A stretch of 64,000 nt of DNA from Chiloscyllium plagiosum (Eukaryota): contig NC_057718.1 of the NCBI RefSeq assembly GCF_004010195.1, positions 61,711,318 to 61,775,317 of the forward strand. The letters are read 5' to 3'. The notes beneath the pieces were generated by a model that saw only the letters and a program-made list of their open reading frames with translations, had not been told where the DNA came from and did no database searches. Of the stretch, positions 1-13,047 are shown piece by piece (the first letter of the stretch is position 1; the number at the start of each line of letters is the position of its first letter). A program made the translations under genes and the position numbers.

Positions 1-224
1 CCCTCCAACCATAAGGGATGAACTCGGATTTCACCAGTTTCCTCATTTCCCCTCCCCCCACCTTGTCTCAGTCGCCTGCTGGACAAACTTTCCTCATTCC
101 TGAAGAAAGGCTTATGCCCGAAACGTCGATTCTCCTGTTCCCTGGATGCTGCCTGACCTGCTGCGCTTTTCCAGCAACACATTTTCAGCTCTGATCTCCA
201 GCATCTGCAGACCTCACTTTCTCC
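1..224 (+). mobile_element. Penelope-like element 3' end and pseudo-LTR
   Basis: 1-70 reads LQP*GMNSDFTSFLISPPPT, matching the end of the GIY-YIG ORF at 35120-35188 (LQPQGINVDFNSFLISPSPT). It is followed by the gatgctgcctgacctgctg...ccagcatctgcag terminal sequence shared with 23114, 55412, 56021 and 63843. Confidence 0.85.
98..130 (+). ncRNA. Minimal hammerhead ribozyme motif (stem II basal pair mismatched)
   Basis: CTGAAGA-A-AGGC-TTAT-GCCC-GAAA-CGTC-GA. Core boxes CUGANGA and GAAA and a GUC site are present. Confidence 0.65.
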
Positions 225-322
225 TATCCTGACCATTATGCTCGGTATTTCAGTATTTGTGTTGAAGTTTTTGTGTTACGTTTAAAATGCATATTATCAC
301 AGCACTAAAGAAAATAGGTTAC

Positions 323-792
323 TTGGAGAATAGCTTTGTAAATTCCATACCACACAAGCTTGTATGTTGTGTGGAACACTTTGATGCCATTCGAAGAGAT
401 TCTCTACATGCTTTATTGTTTGTATATTGAGAAGCCTTTACTTTCACTTGTAAAAAGTATGATTGAGTAGTTCCATTGGACTGGGAATATTGAACAAAGT
501 AGCTGATATATCTGGAAAATCTCACTCCAAACAGATCTGTAGGCTTTTCGATAGAACATAAATCTAAATTATTCCAATTTTCTCCAAACTCTCATGGATA
601 TGCTTTCTGGTGGTTCACCCATTCTCACATCCAGTAGGTGCTGATTTTAGATTATTCGTGGTGAGCCACAACAGTTGAATTCCACCATTGTCTAAGTGAT
701 AGCTTCACTTTTCAATTTTTCCACTGAAGACCAACGATGAATATGAGGGTGCTGGATTCTTTAACTCCCTTGTTCAAGGTCACTAAGGTCCA
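323..792 (-). pseudogene. Candidate decayed exon of unknown gene
   Basis: Minus strand: gatcattacag| acceptor at 793 and CCAA|gtaacc donor at 322. Protein-like frames are interrupted by stops; no repeat recognised. Confidence 0.3.
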
Positions 793-867
793 CTGTAATG
801 ATCCAATAAATCTTGGTTAACTTGGCATAAACCAGGGAATGAATCTGAAGTTTCAATGTCGAGGGGT

Positions 868-1262
868 AGCACTGTCACCTCAGGATCACACATTCAAGCA
901 TCTAGTAGTGATTTGAGCACTCGATCTAGTAATTACGGAGGAGGCCCTGAATTTTCCTAGCTGCAGTTGTTCAGAATGAGATGCTAAACCAAATGTCCCT
1001 GTCTTTTCTTCTTAGTGGGTATTAATATCTCAAAATGCCAAAAAAAAGGTTTCTAGCCACAAGTGGTCTTTCAGCCAATATCACTAAAGGAGGTTACCTG
1101 GTTACTTATTGCAATTTTATGATGTGGACTTTCATTGTGTGCATACGGCTCTGTTCCACTATACTATAACAGTGACTCCACTTTAAAAGTAATTGATCGA
1201 CTGAGAATTGTACTGGGATGGTTTGAGGTCCCGAAAGCCCCATCACAAACTCTATGCTTTCA
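868..1262 (+). mobile_element. Old Deu-domain SINE (SacSINE1/AmnSINE1-like)
   Basis: Decayed Deu-domain-like core (gagatgctaaacc...cagccaatatcactaaa...acagtgactccactttaaaagta), homologous to the reverse complements of 39355 and 61132. Confidence 0.6.
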
Positions 1263-1514
1263 CCTTTGATGGCTTCCTTCTCCTTAGCCGATACCTCACC
1301 TGTCAAAAGCCAAATCCTTGACTCAGAATTAATTGCTCTTAACTGAAAAAGTTTCCGACATTTAAGTAACTTTATAAATGCAAGCACGATCATTTGTGGA
1401 GATGGTTTGACTCTGAGGGCCCTATTTCAGTAAATGGCCATTTTACTTTCAAGAACTAGAGTGAATTGCAGGCCTTGCCTATGGCTCCACAATGAAATAT
1501 ATGATGTTGTATCT

Positions 1515-1815
1515 TCCCACCTTTCAAACCTACAACCATTACCATCTACTCAGCAAGTAGATAAGAACAGCACCACTTATAAGTTCTCCTCCAAGCCACA
1601 CACCATCCTGACTTGGAAGTGGATGACTATTCCTTCATTGTTATTGGGCAAAAATCCTGGAATTCCCTCCCTAGGGCATTGTGGGTCTATCTAAGGACAT
1701 GAAAGCAGTGGATCAAGAAGGCAATTCACCACTACCTTCTCAACAGCAACTAGAGATGGGCAATAAATGCTGGCCCAGCCAGCGATGCCCACATCCATAA
1801 ATGTACAAAACAAAA
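1515..1815 (+). mobile_element. 3' end of older CR1/L2-type LINE family
   Basis: Tail gcaactagagatgggcaataaatgctggcc shared with 27636, 43080 and 60400. Body shared with 42900-43100 and 58700-58840. Confidence 0.8.
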
Positions 1816-2034
1816 CCTCAAGGCACCAGGAGTAATCTAAGGAGGTGAATTTCACAAGTGCCTGAGGGAGGCAGCAATTTCCACACTCTCCTCTGGAGAC
1901 ACATGCTGTCACTTTGTAGTTGCTGAGATAAGATCAGTAGTTTCCCCATTATTAGCCTGAACAAACATTACCAAAAGGACAGATATTGTGACACGTTCCT
2001 TTGGCATGTTTTTCTGTTAGTCCAGTACTAGGGA

Positions 2035-2245
2035 GGGGTTGGTTACCTCAGTTGACTGGACAGCTTGCTTACAATGCAGACTGATGCCAACTGTGTGGGT
2101 TCCATTCCTGCACCTGTTGTGGTTACCAAGAAGGATTCTTTCTCAATCTCTCCCCTTGTTCAAGGTGTGGTGACCCTCAGTTTAAATCACCACCAGTTGT
2201 CTTTCTCTAATGAGACAGCAGGAATATGGCAACATTACCTTTTTA
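2035..2245 (+). mobile_element. tRNA-headed SINE (degenerate)
   Basis: A-box-like tacctcagttg and B-box-like ggttccattcc. Its 3' half matches the reverse complement of 22250-22348. Confidence 0.6.
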
Positions 2246-2351
2246 CTATATTAAATCAGTTTAACTTCACAACATGTACAAATCAAATACAGGAATGAAA
2301 ACTCACCACTGCCTACCAAGGCTAGAATTTGAAACTATTCTCCAGTAGAAT

Positions 2352-3124
2352 GACAGAGGGTGGTGATGGAGGGTTGTTTTTCAGACTGGAAGCTTGTGAC
2401 CAGTGGAGTGCCACAAGGATTGGTGCTGGATCCTCTACTTTTTGTCATTTACATAGATGGTTTGGATGCAAGCATAAGAGGTACAGTTAGTAAGTTTGCA
2501 GATGACACCAAAATTGGAGGTGTAGTGGACAGCGAAGAGGGTTACCTCAGATTACAACAGGATCTNNNNNNNNNNNNNNNNNNNNNNNNNNNNNNNNNNN
2601 NNNNNNNNNNNNNNNNNNNNNNNNNNNNNNNNNNNNNNNNNNNNNNNNNNNNNNNNNNNNNNNNNNNNNNNNNNGATTTACAAGGATGTTGCCAGGGTTG
2701 GAGGATTTGAGCTATAGGGAGAGGTTGAAAAGGCTGGGACTGTTTTCTCTGAAGCATCGGAGGCTAAGGGGTGACCTTATTGTGGTTTATAAAATCATGA
2801 GGGGCATGGATAGGATAAATAAACAAGGACTAGAGGGCATAGGTTTAGGGTGAGAGGGCAAAGATATAAAAGAGACCTAAGGGGCAACTTTTTCATGCAG
2901 AGGGTGGTGCATGTATGGAATGACCTGCCAGAGGAAGTGGTGGAGGCTGGTACAATTGCAACATTTAAGAGGCATTTGGATGTGTATATGAATAGGAAGG
3001 GTTTGGAGGGATTTGGGCCGGATGCTGACAGGTGGGACTAGATTGGGTTGGGATATCTGGTCGGCATGGACGAGTTGGACCGAAGGGTCTGTTTCCATGC
3101 TGTACATCTCTATGACTCTATGAC
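2352..3124 (+). mobile_element. 5'-truncated young CR1 LINE (RT C-terminus and 3' UTR)
   Basis: VTSGVPQGLVL...KFADDTK RT motifs, RGNFF..RVV..WN.LP C-terminus and ctatgact repeat tail. Confidence 0.95.
2566..2674. other. Assembly gap (109 N)
   Basis: Run of N. Confidence 1.
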
Positions 3125-5812
3125 ACACTAAATGGCCAGATTATCCTGGGACAGAGTCTGAAATATCAAAGACAGTCAGGTTGTTATGTAATGTGCAATC
3201 TTATCAGTTACTTCCTCCCTTCAGCCGCTACACCATAACAACTTTCAAACAAACATCACTGCACACCTTAACTTTAATACAGCAAAGAAAAAACTTTATT
3301 GTAAGGAATACAAAATACATGTTTCTGAATCCATGGTGACTCGCTGAAACAGAATACATTTCATAGCAGCATATATACACTGTTAGTACAATGTCTAGGT
3401 ACAGCATTGTAAAAGGATGACAAGGTGCTCAGTATTTTCATGGCAAGCTTAATGATTGTTCAGAAAGATTAAAGTAGTATGAGTGAAAAAAACAATATGT
3501 CACTTCACAAGTTTATTTCTATGACTCTTTTAAGTGGAGAGCAATCTGCTTTCTTTTTACATTTGTGACATAAAACAAAGGGATTTCACCAGATTTTGGC
3601 TGTACTTTATAATCATAGCAAACACGCAGAACTACTAAGAACATGCTGTAAATTATGTCCTTTTGATTTTTGGAAACACTAGGGTTCATTCTGAGTTAAA
3701 TGAGCTGCCAATTATGATGTCACGTGCAAGAAACTAAAAATCTGTAAATAAAATAGAATCCATTCAAATGAAACCCCAAGAGCAGCATATTCCTGAAAGA
3801 TACCAATTGTTCCCATTTCCAAGTATTGATTCTTATAGTGTCAGTAATGGTGCAGTCAGACCTAGCAAGGTTCAGTTCAACTCTACTGTCCACTCTACTG
3901 CAGGATTCCACTTCATTTACGTTCTCTACAAAGAGAAGAACTGCATTTAAAAGAAACTTTCATTTTGCACCCAGGGTGGTGCATCATTGTCTAATAAATG
4001 GTAGGAATTGGGGTCATTCCCAGGAATCTTTACATAGCAAGTGGTAGACAGAGAACAGGAGGTAAGATAAATTCCCCACAAGCAGGAAATTAGATTAGCA
4101 TGGGAGACCCCTGAGTTTTTCCATCACACATGCAGATAGACCTCCTTGTTGGCCAGTTATAGAGTCAAATGGATGGATTCCTGATGGTTAGACCACTTGC
4201 TCGCTCACTCAGCCACAAAGCAATGCATAGTGTAAAGAAGAACCAAAAGATGGAAGACACTAATCAAAATAAACTTGGGTAACAAAAATATCCATGAATA
4301 TTCGCTCAGAATATTGGTGGGATTTAATCCCGTCCACAAATGAGATTTTACTGGCAAGACCACTTTTTTTATTTAACAAAATAAAGCAGTTAAAGTGATA
4401 AATTCTGACATTCTTTATTTCTACACCTTTTAAAAGGATTTTGCGTGCACAGTGCATATTGAGAATATCATCAGAGATACACCTCAGAGGAGATAATAAG
4501 CCCTCCAGTATGATGGAACTGAATGAATGCATAGACAGCTGAGGCCGTACACTCTGGGTTAATGATGGTATCAACTGATATTAATTGAGCTCCAGCACAC
4601 TGTCAGATTCAGTAAATACTCCAAGACATTGCTCTGGATTATGTCATCAGCACAAAACGCTTAAATAAATACAGTCAAATTTAAAAAAATAGAAATAGCT
4701 ACATAAAAGCAAGCGTTCAAGCAATCATTGGCCTATGTAATCATTTGATTTTTGAAAAATGTTCTTAATGGAGAAACTCGTTTATTGACAACTCTCAATG
4801 CATTCATTAGTATTGTGTTTTTTTAAAAAAAGAATAATCTGTCACATTATCACGAACACTGCAAAGCTTGTTTGTTGGCCAGCAGGAAGGGCAGTGTGAC
4901 CCAACTGCAATTCTAAAGGGGCCAATTAAGAAGAGTGGAAAATGAGTTGTCAAGAATTTCCAACTTGCAAGCCAAAAATCCCTGAAAGGTAAAAAAAAAA
5001 CAAAACAAAGTCTGCTTGGCAGTATTCAAAAAGTGGCAGGTGTGAATGCACAGCAATCATTTCAATAACAATTTAAAATCGTGAGGTCATCCTATAAAAA
5101 CTACACTGCTCTAAGCAGTTCCCACAAGTGCTTACCTTACCCCTCCCCCAGAAAATCAAGTATTCCTTTAGATTATGGGTAAGGGATGGTCTTTATTTCT
5201 TATAGGCATATATATTTGACACTAAATTTGTGATTTAGCTGTTAGCTTGTTTATGTGGAATGTCTTCATTTGCTTTCATTGATTGGATACTAGAGTTCAA
5301 TTAACCCACAAAATTGCTCTCAGACATTGAGTTCTCTTGCATATCCTGCCTTCATTTCCTTCCAGCCAGTACAGTGCAGCCCATTACTAAAATCTCCATA
5401 GAATTTGCAAATCTGACAGGGTCCTATTAAATCTCATAAGACAAAAAGAAGTTCTCTGAAATTCCTACAGGACCCTTTCAATTATTAAATAGCATATCCT
5501 TAAAGAATATTTTAGTGGGAATCTAACTACTGACAAGTGGAGATGTCTCACTGCATTGCACAGCTTCAAGTGTTACATATGAAAGTTTGATAGAAAAAAA
5601 CAGTGCATTCGCACAGAGAAATTCTACGGAAAATGTGCCTTACCAGAGAGCTTTTTTTATATCAAATATTTAAATGTTTTAAGTTATGAATCTCATCATT
5701 TTTCAAGCACTAACTTTAAAAAAAAATTACATTACATTGATTCCCTTCAGAAGGGAGAATGTCCACATAGCTTCAGTTGGTTGAAACTTCGTCGACGGTG
5801 CTCCAGTCTCAC

Positions 5813-5895
5813 CTTGCTGAGTGGGTGAGGCAACCTTGTCAGGTTTTACTCCAATGGCCCTGTCCATCTGTTTGTCCATCTGTGTATCACTGTGG
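5813..5895 (-). other. Candidate small exon (83 nt)
   Basis: ctcacttacag| acceptor and CAAG|gtgaga donor. One open frame: HSDTQMDKQMDRAIGVKPDKVASPTQQ. Confidence 0.3.
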
Positions 5896-7701
5896 CTGTA
5901 AGTGAGACAGATAATAGCCGTAATACCTCACCTACAAGGATAAGATTTGGCGAATTAATAGACAAATATAAACCAAAGCAAATGTTTGAATTCCAGAGAT
6001 CTTAGGAATTGTCTTTTTAAGAAAATAATCAACCTTCACAAATTGCAATCACCAGCCAATAGTCTATTCATTCATTATAGGTATAGCTAGGATTGTTAAT
6101 CCTCCAGGATTACCCTGGACTCTCCAGAAATTAAAGCTAATCGCAGGACACTACAGGCAGCTACCGAGGAGAATCACCACAGGGACTTTAAACATTGCAA
6201 TCATTAAAATTCTTTGAACATTTTCTGTTTGTATTTATAAATATGGCGATATGGGAAAACATTGTTCGACTAATGGTTAAGAACCATGCATTCTGGCATT
6301 GACCAATTGACCTCTTTCAGCACTGTGCTAACTCTACTCAATCGGGTAATGAAGAGATTGTTTTTCCATTTGGCATGAGAAAGCTCTGTACAGAGATCAG
6401 TGTTTTAGGCAAACAGTGGGAGGACTGTGAGATCAGGACAATTGAAGACAATTGGCCATGCAGTAACACAGCCAGGAAGATGACCAACCAGTGGGAGGTA
6501 ACACTGAGTATAGCAATAATCAGTTATGATTCCTTTAGCATAGCAACCAAAAGTCACTGTAACTCGTCTGGCACTATTACCGTATGCTATAAAAACTTCC
6601 ATCTTCCTTTCACCTTCTACCTCTCTCCAGTGCTCGGTTGTGACTGTCACAAGTGAGTCAGTTCCAGGTATCTACCAACCTCAAACCCAAGAACAGCATA
6701 GACGTGGTTGGTTTAATTCTAATTTTACATTACCGCTTTCACCCCAAGGTGCCACTGTGCTGATTGCACTCTCTACAGCAAAGCTTAATAGAATATAGAT
6801 ATGTGTCACACAAATCTAGCATCTCTCAACGTTCACATTTGAGGTCAGGGACTTTCAGTATTCTCAGGAGCTTAATCATTTATATGAGCTAATTTCTGAC
6901 CTACTTTGTTCAGTGTCTGATTTTAGTTACGTAAAATCAATTGTATTGAATGAAAACAGTCGCCATTTCAAACAAGGTATTTCATGGTTTATGTGGCATT
7001 GAATTCAACTCATTCTTCTTCAATCAGACACACAAGAGGGGTTAAATTAGATAACTCCCAAAAACATGCACAGTGATTACTATGCATGATTAAACCATGC
7101 CTGTTGAGCACAGAGTAGGCAGCACTCCAACTCTGTGCTGCTGACTCATTTCAATTATCTTTGTGTCCAGCCAGCGCTAACTGTGTTGTTCATTGACTGG
7201 ACACATCAGCAAGGGGCCAATATCATGAGTAGTTGGCACCAAATGAAAGCTGCCTGAAGCTTTTAAAGGAGAGATGCATTGTAGCCGGAGCAGGTGCGGG
7301 GAGTCACCGTTGAAGATAATCTGACCTGAGAAAGATTGACAAATGGCAATAATGGGTAGAAAGTGGACTCTGAGGTTTTCAGACATTGCACAGGCAGCGA
7401 AACAGAGCCTGTATCATCAGGAAACAGGCAGCAAAGAGATCTGGTGAGGTTAATGTCAGGAGTTAAGGCCCATCGATATGGACAAGGTATAGTAAGAAGT
7501 ACATACCAGTGCACGACTCAATGAATGCATGTTTAAATGAAATTTTCTAATGAACTGCAGCTGCACCTCAGCAGCTTTCCAGAGATAGTCACACCCCACC
7601 ACTGCTCACACTGACAATCAGGCAACAAATCAAAATTCCTGTACCTCATCTCACAATCGCACACTGACAAAAGCTACAGGCCGAATAACCAAATCTGACC
7701 A

Positions 7702-8805
7702 TCACACACTGAACACAGTTACAGACCTGTCTCCAACACCTCACCCTCACACACTGAACACAGTTACAGACCTGTCTCCCACACCTCACCCCTCACACAC
7801 TGAACACAGTTACAGACCTGTCTCCCACACCTCACTCCTCACACTCTGCACACAGTTACAGACCTGTCTCCCACACCTCACCCTCATACACTGAACACAG
7901 TTAGAGCTGTCTCCCACACCTCACCCCTCATACACTGCACACAGTTACAGACCTGTCTCCCACACCTCACCCTCACACAGTGCACACAGTTACAGGCCTG
8001 TCTCCCACACCTCACCCCTCACACACTGAACACAGTTACAGACCTGTCCCCCACACCTCACCCCTCACACACTACACACAGTTACAGACCTGTCTCCCAC
8101 ACCTCACTCCTCACACACTGACACAGTTACAGACCTGTCTCCCACACCTCACCCCTCACACACTACACACAGTTACAGACCTGTCTCCCACACCTCACTC
8201 CTCACACACTGCACAGTTACAGACCTGTCCCCCACACCTCACCCTCACACACTGCACACAGTTACAGACCTGTCTCCCACACCTCACTCCTCACACACTG
8301 ACACAGTTACAGACCTGTCTCCCACACCTCACCCTCACACACTGCACACAGTTACAGACCTGTTTCCCACACCTCACCCTCACACACTGACACAGTTACT
8401 GACCTGTTTCCCACACCTCACTCCTCACACACTGACACAGTTACTGACCTGTTTCCCACACCTCACCCTCACACACTGAACACAGTTACAGACCTGTCTC
8501 CCACACCTCACTCCTCACACACTGACACAGTTACAGACCTGTCCCCCACACCTCACCCTCACACACTGCACACAGTTACAGAGCTGTCTCCCACACCTCA
8601 CCCCTCACACACTGAACACAGTTACAGACCTGTCCCCCACACCTCACTCCTCACACACTGACACAGTTACAGACCTGTCTCCCACACCTCACCCTCACAC
8701 ACTGCACACAGTTACAGAGCTGTCTCCCACACCTACTCTCACGCATTGAACACATTTACAGACCTGTCTCCTACATCTCACCATCACACACTGAATACAG
8801 TTATA
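7702..8805 (+). repeat. Minisatellite, unit about 40-42 bp, roughly 26 copies
   Basis: Unit acagttacagacctgtctcccacacctcacc(c)tcacacactg(a/c)ac repeated with small indels and degenerate edges. Confidence 0.98.
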
Positions 8806-8984
8806 GACATGGTATTCATGTTTGGAACATGCGGTTCCACTAAAGGTGTTACATAAATTTAAATACTTGCAGTCATAGTTTTTGGTGTTGTCTAGGATGC
8901 ACATGAAGAATCATGAATTAGGCAAAATATTGGTGAGCTGCCAGTTCTATTGCAGCAACAATTCGCAAGGTCAAAATTGACACT

Positions 8985-9700
8985 TGGATGAAGCAGATGT
9001 TGAGGTAAGTTACCTAAAGAAGAGGTGAGTGAGCAAGTACAAGCATAAGTTCAGAGAGTGAGCAGACAGGAAGGGTGATGCAGGGGTTTAGGGACAGGGA
9101 TCTCATATACATTGAAATCTGTTGCTAGAAAAGTAGAGGGCATACACTTGCATATAGGACTATAGTTAGAGGTAACTATGTTTGACTGATAGTAAATGAG
9201 GAGTGGCTCTTGAATCTAATAAGGGATTCTGGATAGAAAATGAAGTGATAGTGTGGGATTAGATAAGGTGCCAGGGTTTTGAATGGATTGTATTTCTGTA
9301 GGAGGTTGAGAAGTCATCAGAGTACTGAACAAGTCAAGCTTGGAGGGGATGAAAGGTGAATGGGAGTATAGTGGCTGGAATGAAGTAAGAGCAGAGGTGG
9401 AATTGCATTTAAGCAATCCTGATGATCCTTTAGATAAAGTCTTAAAGTTCATCTCTGAGTCACACAGAAAAATAATTGTGCATACCATTTGGCTCACCTT
9501 CAGTCAAGGAGGAAAGAGACTAACGTGGGAACTAACCATATGGGGCCTTGCCAATGTTATACTGGAGGAAGTTAATGTCAAACAAGCAGAATGGAGCTGT
9601 GGTTGTAGCAAAGAGAACAGAGCTGGATGTCATCAGCAGAGCTATGAATGCTGAGATCAAGTATACTTAGGAAGCATAAAGGAAAGACAATAACTTAGGA
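8985..9700 (-). mobile_element. Old L2-like LINE remnant
   Basis: Purine-rich plus strand. The minus translation has L2-like pieces (TSFQPL..PSKLDL..SLHFLSRI). Confidence 0.45.
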
Positions 9701-9915
9701 AAATACTTTGTGAAATTCAAAATGTTTGAAAATCGAACTCAACACAATGAAAACAAATCAGGAAATGGAGGGATGGATAAATTATGTTTTTATCTCAAGT
9801 CTACATTCACACTGCATAATAATTGCCATGACTGTCATGATGATAGATCAGAATCCTAAAGTATTTCTGGACATGTTGAACTTTTAATTTGAACATTCCT
9901 TTATAAAGTAAGGAT

Positions 9916-10750
9916 TGCAACAGCCAGGTAACTGTCTGGCAGAGTCCGGTGTGAGCCCATGGAAGGTCACACCTATAGGTGCGTGAAGGAAACCTCAAAC
10001 AGAATTGAAGAGATAATAAGAAGTTGCTCAGCTTACCCCCCCCCAGAAGCCCTCTCCAGCAGATATGATTGTGTTTTGCCTTTACAGGGATAGTACAAAA
10101 AGAGGGTTAAACACCAAATACATCTGTTGGTATGTTGGTGGCTGATATACTCGAGAATAGGCTCGTGTGCTATGAAGGTCACAGATTGAGAAAAACAATT
10201 AAACACAAAAGACACACTCTCACCCTGCGTACAGCCAGCCAGCCACCCTCAAAAGGAATCAGAACAAAATCATTTTAGACAGCCTGCAAAAAAAACCAAG
10301 AATCTCGAAATTCACTGTACGACCACCATCCAAATTACCCATACCATCCTATGTAATGGCCACCACATTGTCCTATTTGTAATGGCCACCACATTGTCCT
10401 ATTCACTCTTCACAAACAACTCAGAGAAATATATAATGTTTTTTCTCATTTTTAAGTTACGTTGGACTCACTTCTTATTCCTAATCTATATTGCGTTATT
10501 ATTTCTTCTCACAATTAGTAATTAATAAACTCACTCCGTCGTTAACTCAAAAGAGCCTGGTTAAATTGATTCCTTTTAAAAGATAAAATTAATTTGTTCT
10601 GGAAGAAAGGTATCCCAAAAAGAAGGGCTCCTTTCTAAACTAACCTTGTTGAGAGCATGGAAGGAGACAGGTGAATGAAGAAGAACCAGTTCATCCATCC
10701 TCACCCAGAATCTTAGAGAATAGGGGAATCCTGTCTAGCATAGTAACACA
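9916..10750 (+). mobile_element. Possible solo LTR
   Basis: LTR-like composition with AATAAA near 10524 and an internal 26-bp tandem duplication. Termini and TSD were not established. Confidence 0.3.
10352..10403. repeat. Perfect 26-bp tandem duplication
   Basis: tgtaatggccaccacattgtcctatt occurs twice in tandem. Confidence 0.95.
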
Positions 10751-12678
10751 TTGGAGAACCTTACCCCAGATCTGTTTGTAATACTATTTTGCCTCAGTTG
10801 ATAGAATGCAACTCTTAGTTTCTATATCCTAGACAGGTGGGAAGAAGAGTCTAATCACTGGTTGAAGAGCTGGATGAAGGCATTAATAATGAGTGGTGGA
10901 GAGCAGTTCTTCCCACCTCATTTTTACATGCATCTTTAATGAAGTGCTGAACCTCCATGTCATTGCAAACTTTGTTGCTTTCGCAAGTTTTGCATAATAC
11001 TGAAGTTCCCCACGCTTTTCTTAATTGGTCTGAAGGCCAGAAGAGAATGCTGCCTTTTTATGATCTGGGGATGGAGTGGGAGGGAAGAGAGAAAATGGGA
11101 GGGTGAGAAAGGACTTGTTATGTAAAATTTAGTGATTCAGGAAAGGCCCCATATGTTGTCTGCATTTTGTTTTTGATTACCGTTTAATTAGTTTCTACAA
11201 TTGATGGCAGTGTTTCTCAAGGACATACATGTATGCGGTTGTACCATCTGCCTGCAACATAGTTCTCAAGAATTTCAATTAGCTGCTTTATTTCTTCCTA
11301 CAAGCAAGAAAGTAGAAACTGAGCCCCACCTTTCTGCTGACACTTTTATTGTTCTTCACTAAAATAAAAGTGGCAGGGTTTTGTAGGCTACAACTAATGG
11401 ACGATTCTGTGTTGTCGTGGTATTGTTTGCTGTGCCTCCTACAGTTCACTCAACAGAATGCTTTTTAACCTTCAAAGCTGGCTAATGTGAAAATGCTTTC
11501 AGAATGCTGCCTGTTTGCTTACGCCTGTCTCTCCAATAGGGCAGTGGGCCCAACATCCAGACTTTGACAGCTAACCCTAAATTCTAGCTGTTCCAACAAG
11601 TAATTTTTAAAAGGAGTTAAATGTCTGTGCTAACTTTATTCTGTTGCAAATTATGACTAAGGATGAACCGTTACTTTAAAAAAAAACTCTCTATATAAAA
11701 CAGGACAGTTTAGCTAAACACCTAAAATTGCTAACTTTTTGTGTTTTGTTTTTCTGTTCTGGTCCAGTTTAAATGAGACTGTCCCTCAGACAGTACGGAA
11801 TATCCTTTTGCTTATCTGTGCATTCATGCAGAATCTGCCTGCTGATTTAACTAATAAACAAGCAATTCTAATGAAAAACAAAGTGAGTTAAATATGAGGT
11901 TAAATGTGAGTAAAAAGTAATGGATATAAAACAGCTTCCTTGGTTTTGCTGTAGCATATTTTAAGCAATTTATTCTTTAGAATAATTTGCTTTTTAATAT
12001 GTAGATCCACAAAGAGAATTTACTTTATTTTTGCAGCATTTACTATCTTACCTTTCCTGTCCTATTTAAACTTATTAAAGCAGCTCATTATATTTGTTTT
12101 ACTAAATGGAAAAAGCTTGTCTGCTTTCTTTATGTTTTCTTCAATTTTTTGCCCTCCTCTCTTGGTGATGTTGGCTCCTTGTTATCACTGATACCTGTCG
12201 CTATTCTTCATGTGTGTCGAGGTAGTATCAACTGTTGCTTGAATATGAGGATCTGATCCCACACCAACCCAGCAATTTTCCACATGCCCTATCGAGTAAC
12301 TACTGCTGCATAGTAAGCAGAAGTGCAAAACCTCGTTGAGTTTGCCTCTGTGTCATAGAGGAACTGGTGCTATAAACACCCTCAGGCTGCCTCAGATAAG
12401 ATCAGTTGGCTCAGTATTGGCTGGAGTTCAAACAATAATTTTCTGAATTGGGATCTGGTTCTCCATTCCCTCCACCTATTGTCAGCTGTGAATTATGACA
12501 TAAGTGAATGTTTGATTCTTGTACAGTATCCTGGCCCCTGCAGACTCTGTAGGCCAATCTTCTTGGTGTGGTAAAGTCCCACATAAAGACAGTGTCCCTG
12601 TTATCAGGGTAGTATAATGGTATAGGTCTGACTGTGTGATATGCTAATGGAACACAACATGCATCATCACAGGAAGTT

Positions 12679-13014
12679 ACTTTAGATTAGATTAGATTAC
12701 TTACTTTAGATTAGATTACTTACAGTGTGGAAACAGGCCCTTCGGCCCAACAAGTCCACACCGACCTGCCGAAGCGCAACCCACCCATTCCCCTACATTT
12801 ACCCCTTTACCTAACACTACGGGCAATTTAGCATGGCCAATTCACCTAACCTGCACATCTTTGGACTGTGGGAGGAAACCGGAGCACCCGGAGGAAACCC
12901 ACGCAGACACAGGGAGAATGTGCAAACTCCACACAGACAGTCGCCTGAGTCGGGAATTGAACCCAGGTCTCTGGCGCTGTGAGGCAGCAGTGCTAACCAC
13001 TGTGCCACCGTGCC
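12679..13014 (-). mobile_element. HE1-like V-SINE, young and full length
   Basis: tRNA head ggcacggtggcacagtggttagc, V-domain gtgtggagtttgcacattctccc..gtgggtttcctccgggtgctccgg, CR1-type tail and (ttaga)n. Inserted in the Gypsy 5' LTR. Confidence 0.95.
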
Positions 13015-13047
13015 ACAGAAGTGATGCAAGTCACACAACTGTCTTAT

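Noticed and set aside
6085..6700. Possible DNA-transposon end with LTR-like insert (tataaaa near 6588)
   Set aside because: Termini and TSDs could not be established.
7702..8805. Regular repeat array resembling CRISPR, and the 136-aa ORF at 7980-8390
   Set aside because: No unique spacers, no cas genes and a eukaryotic context. The ORF is just the translated minisatellite.
12930..13014. tRNA-like sequences (also 21462, 31582, 38930)
   Set aside because: These are SINE/LINE heads continuous with repeat bodies, not tRNA genes.
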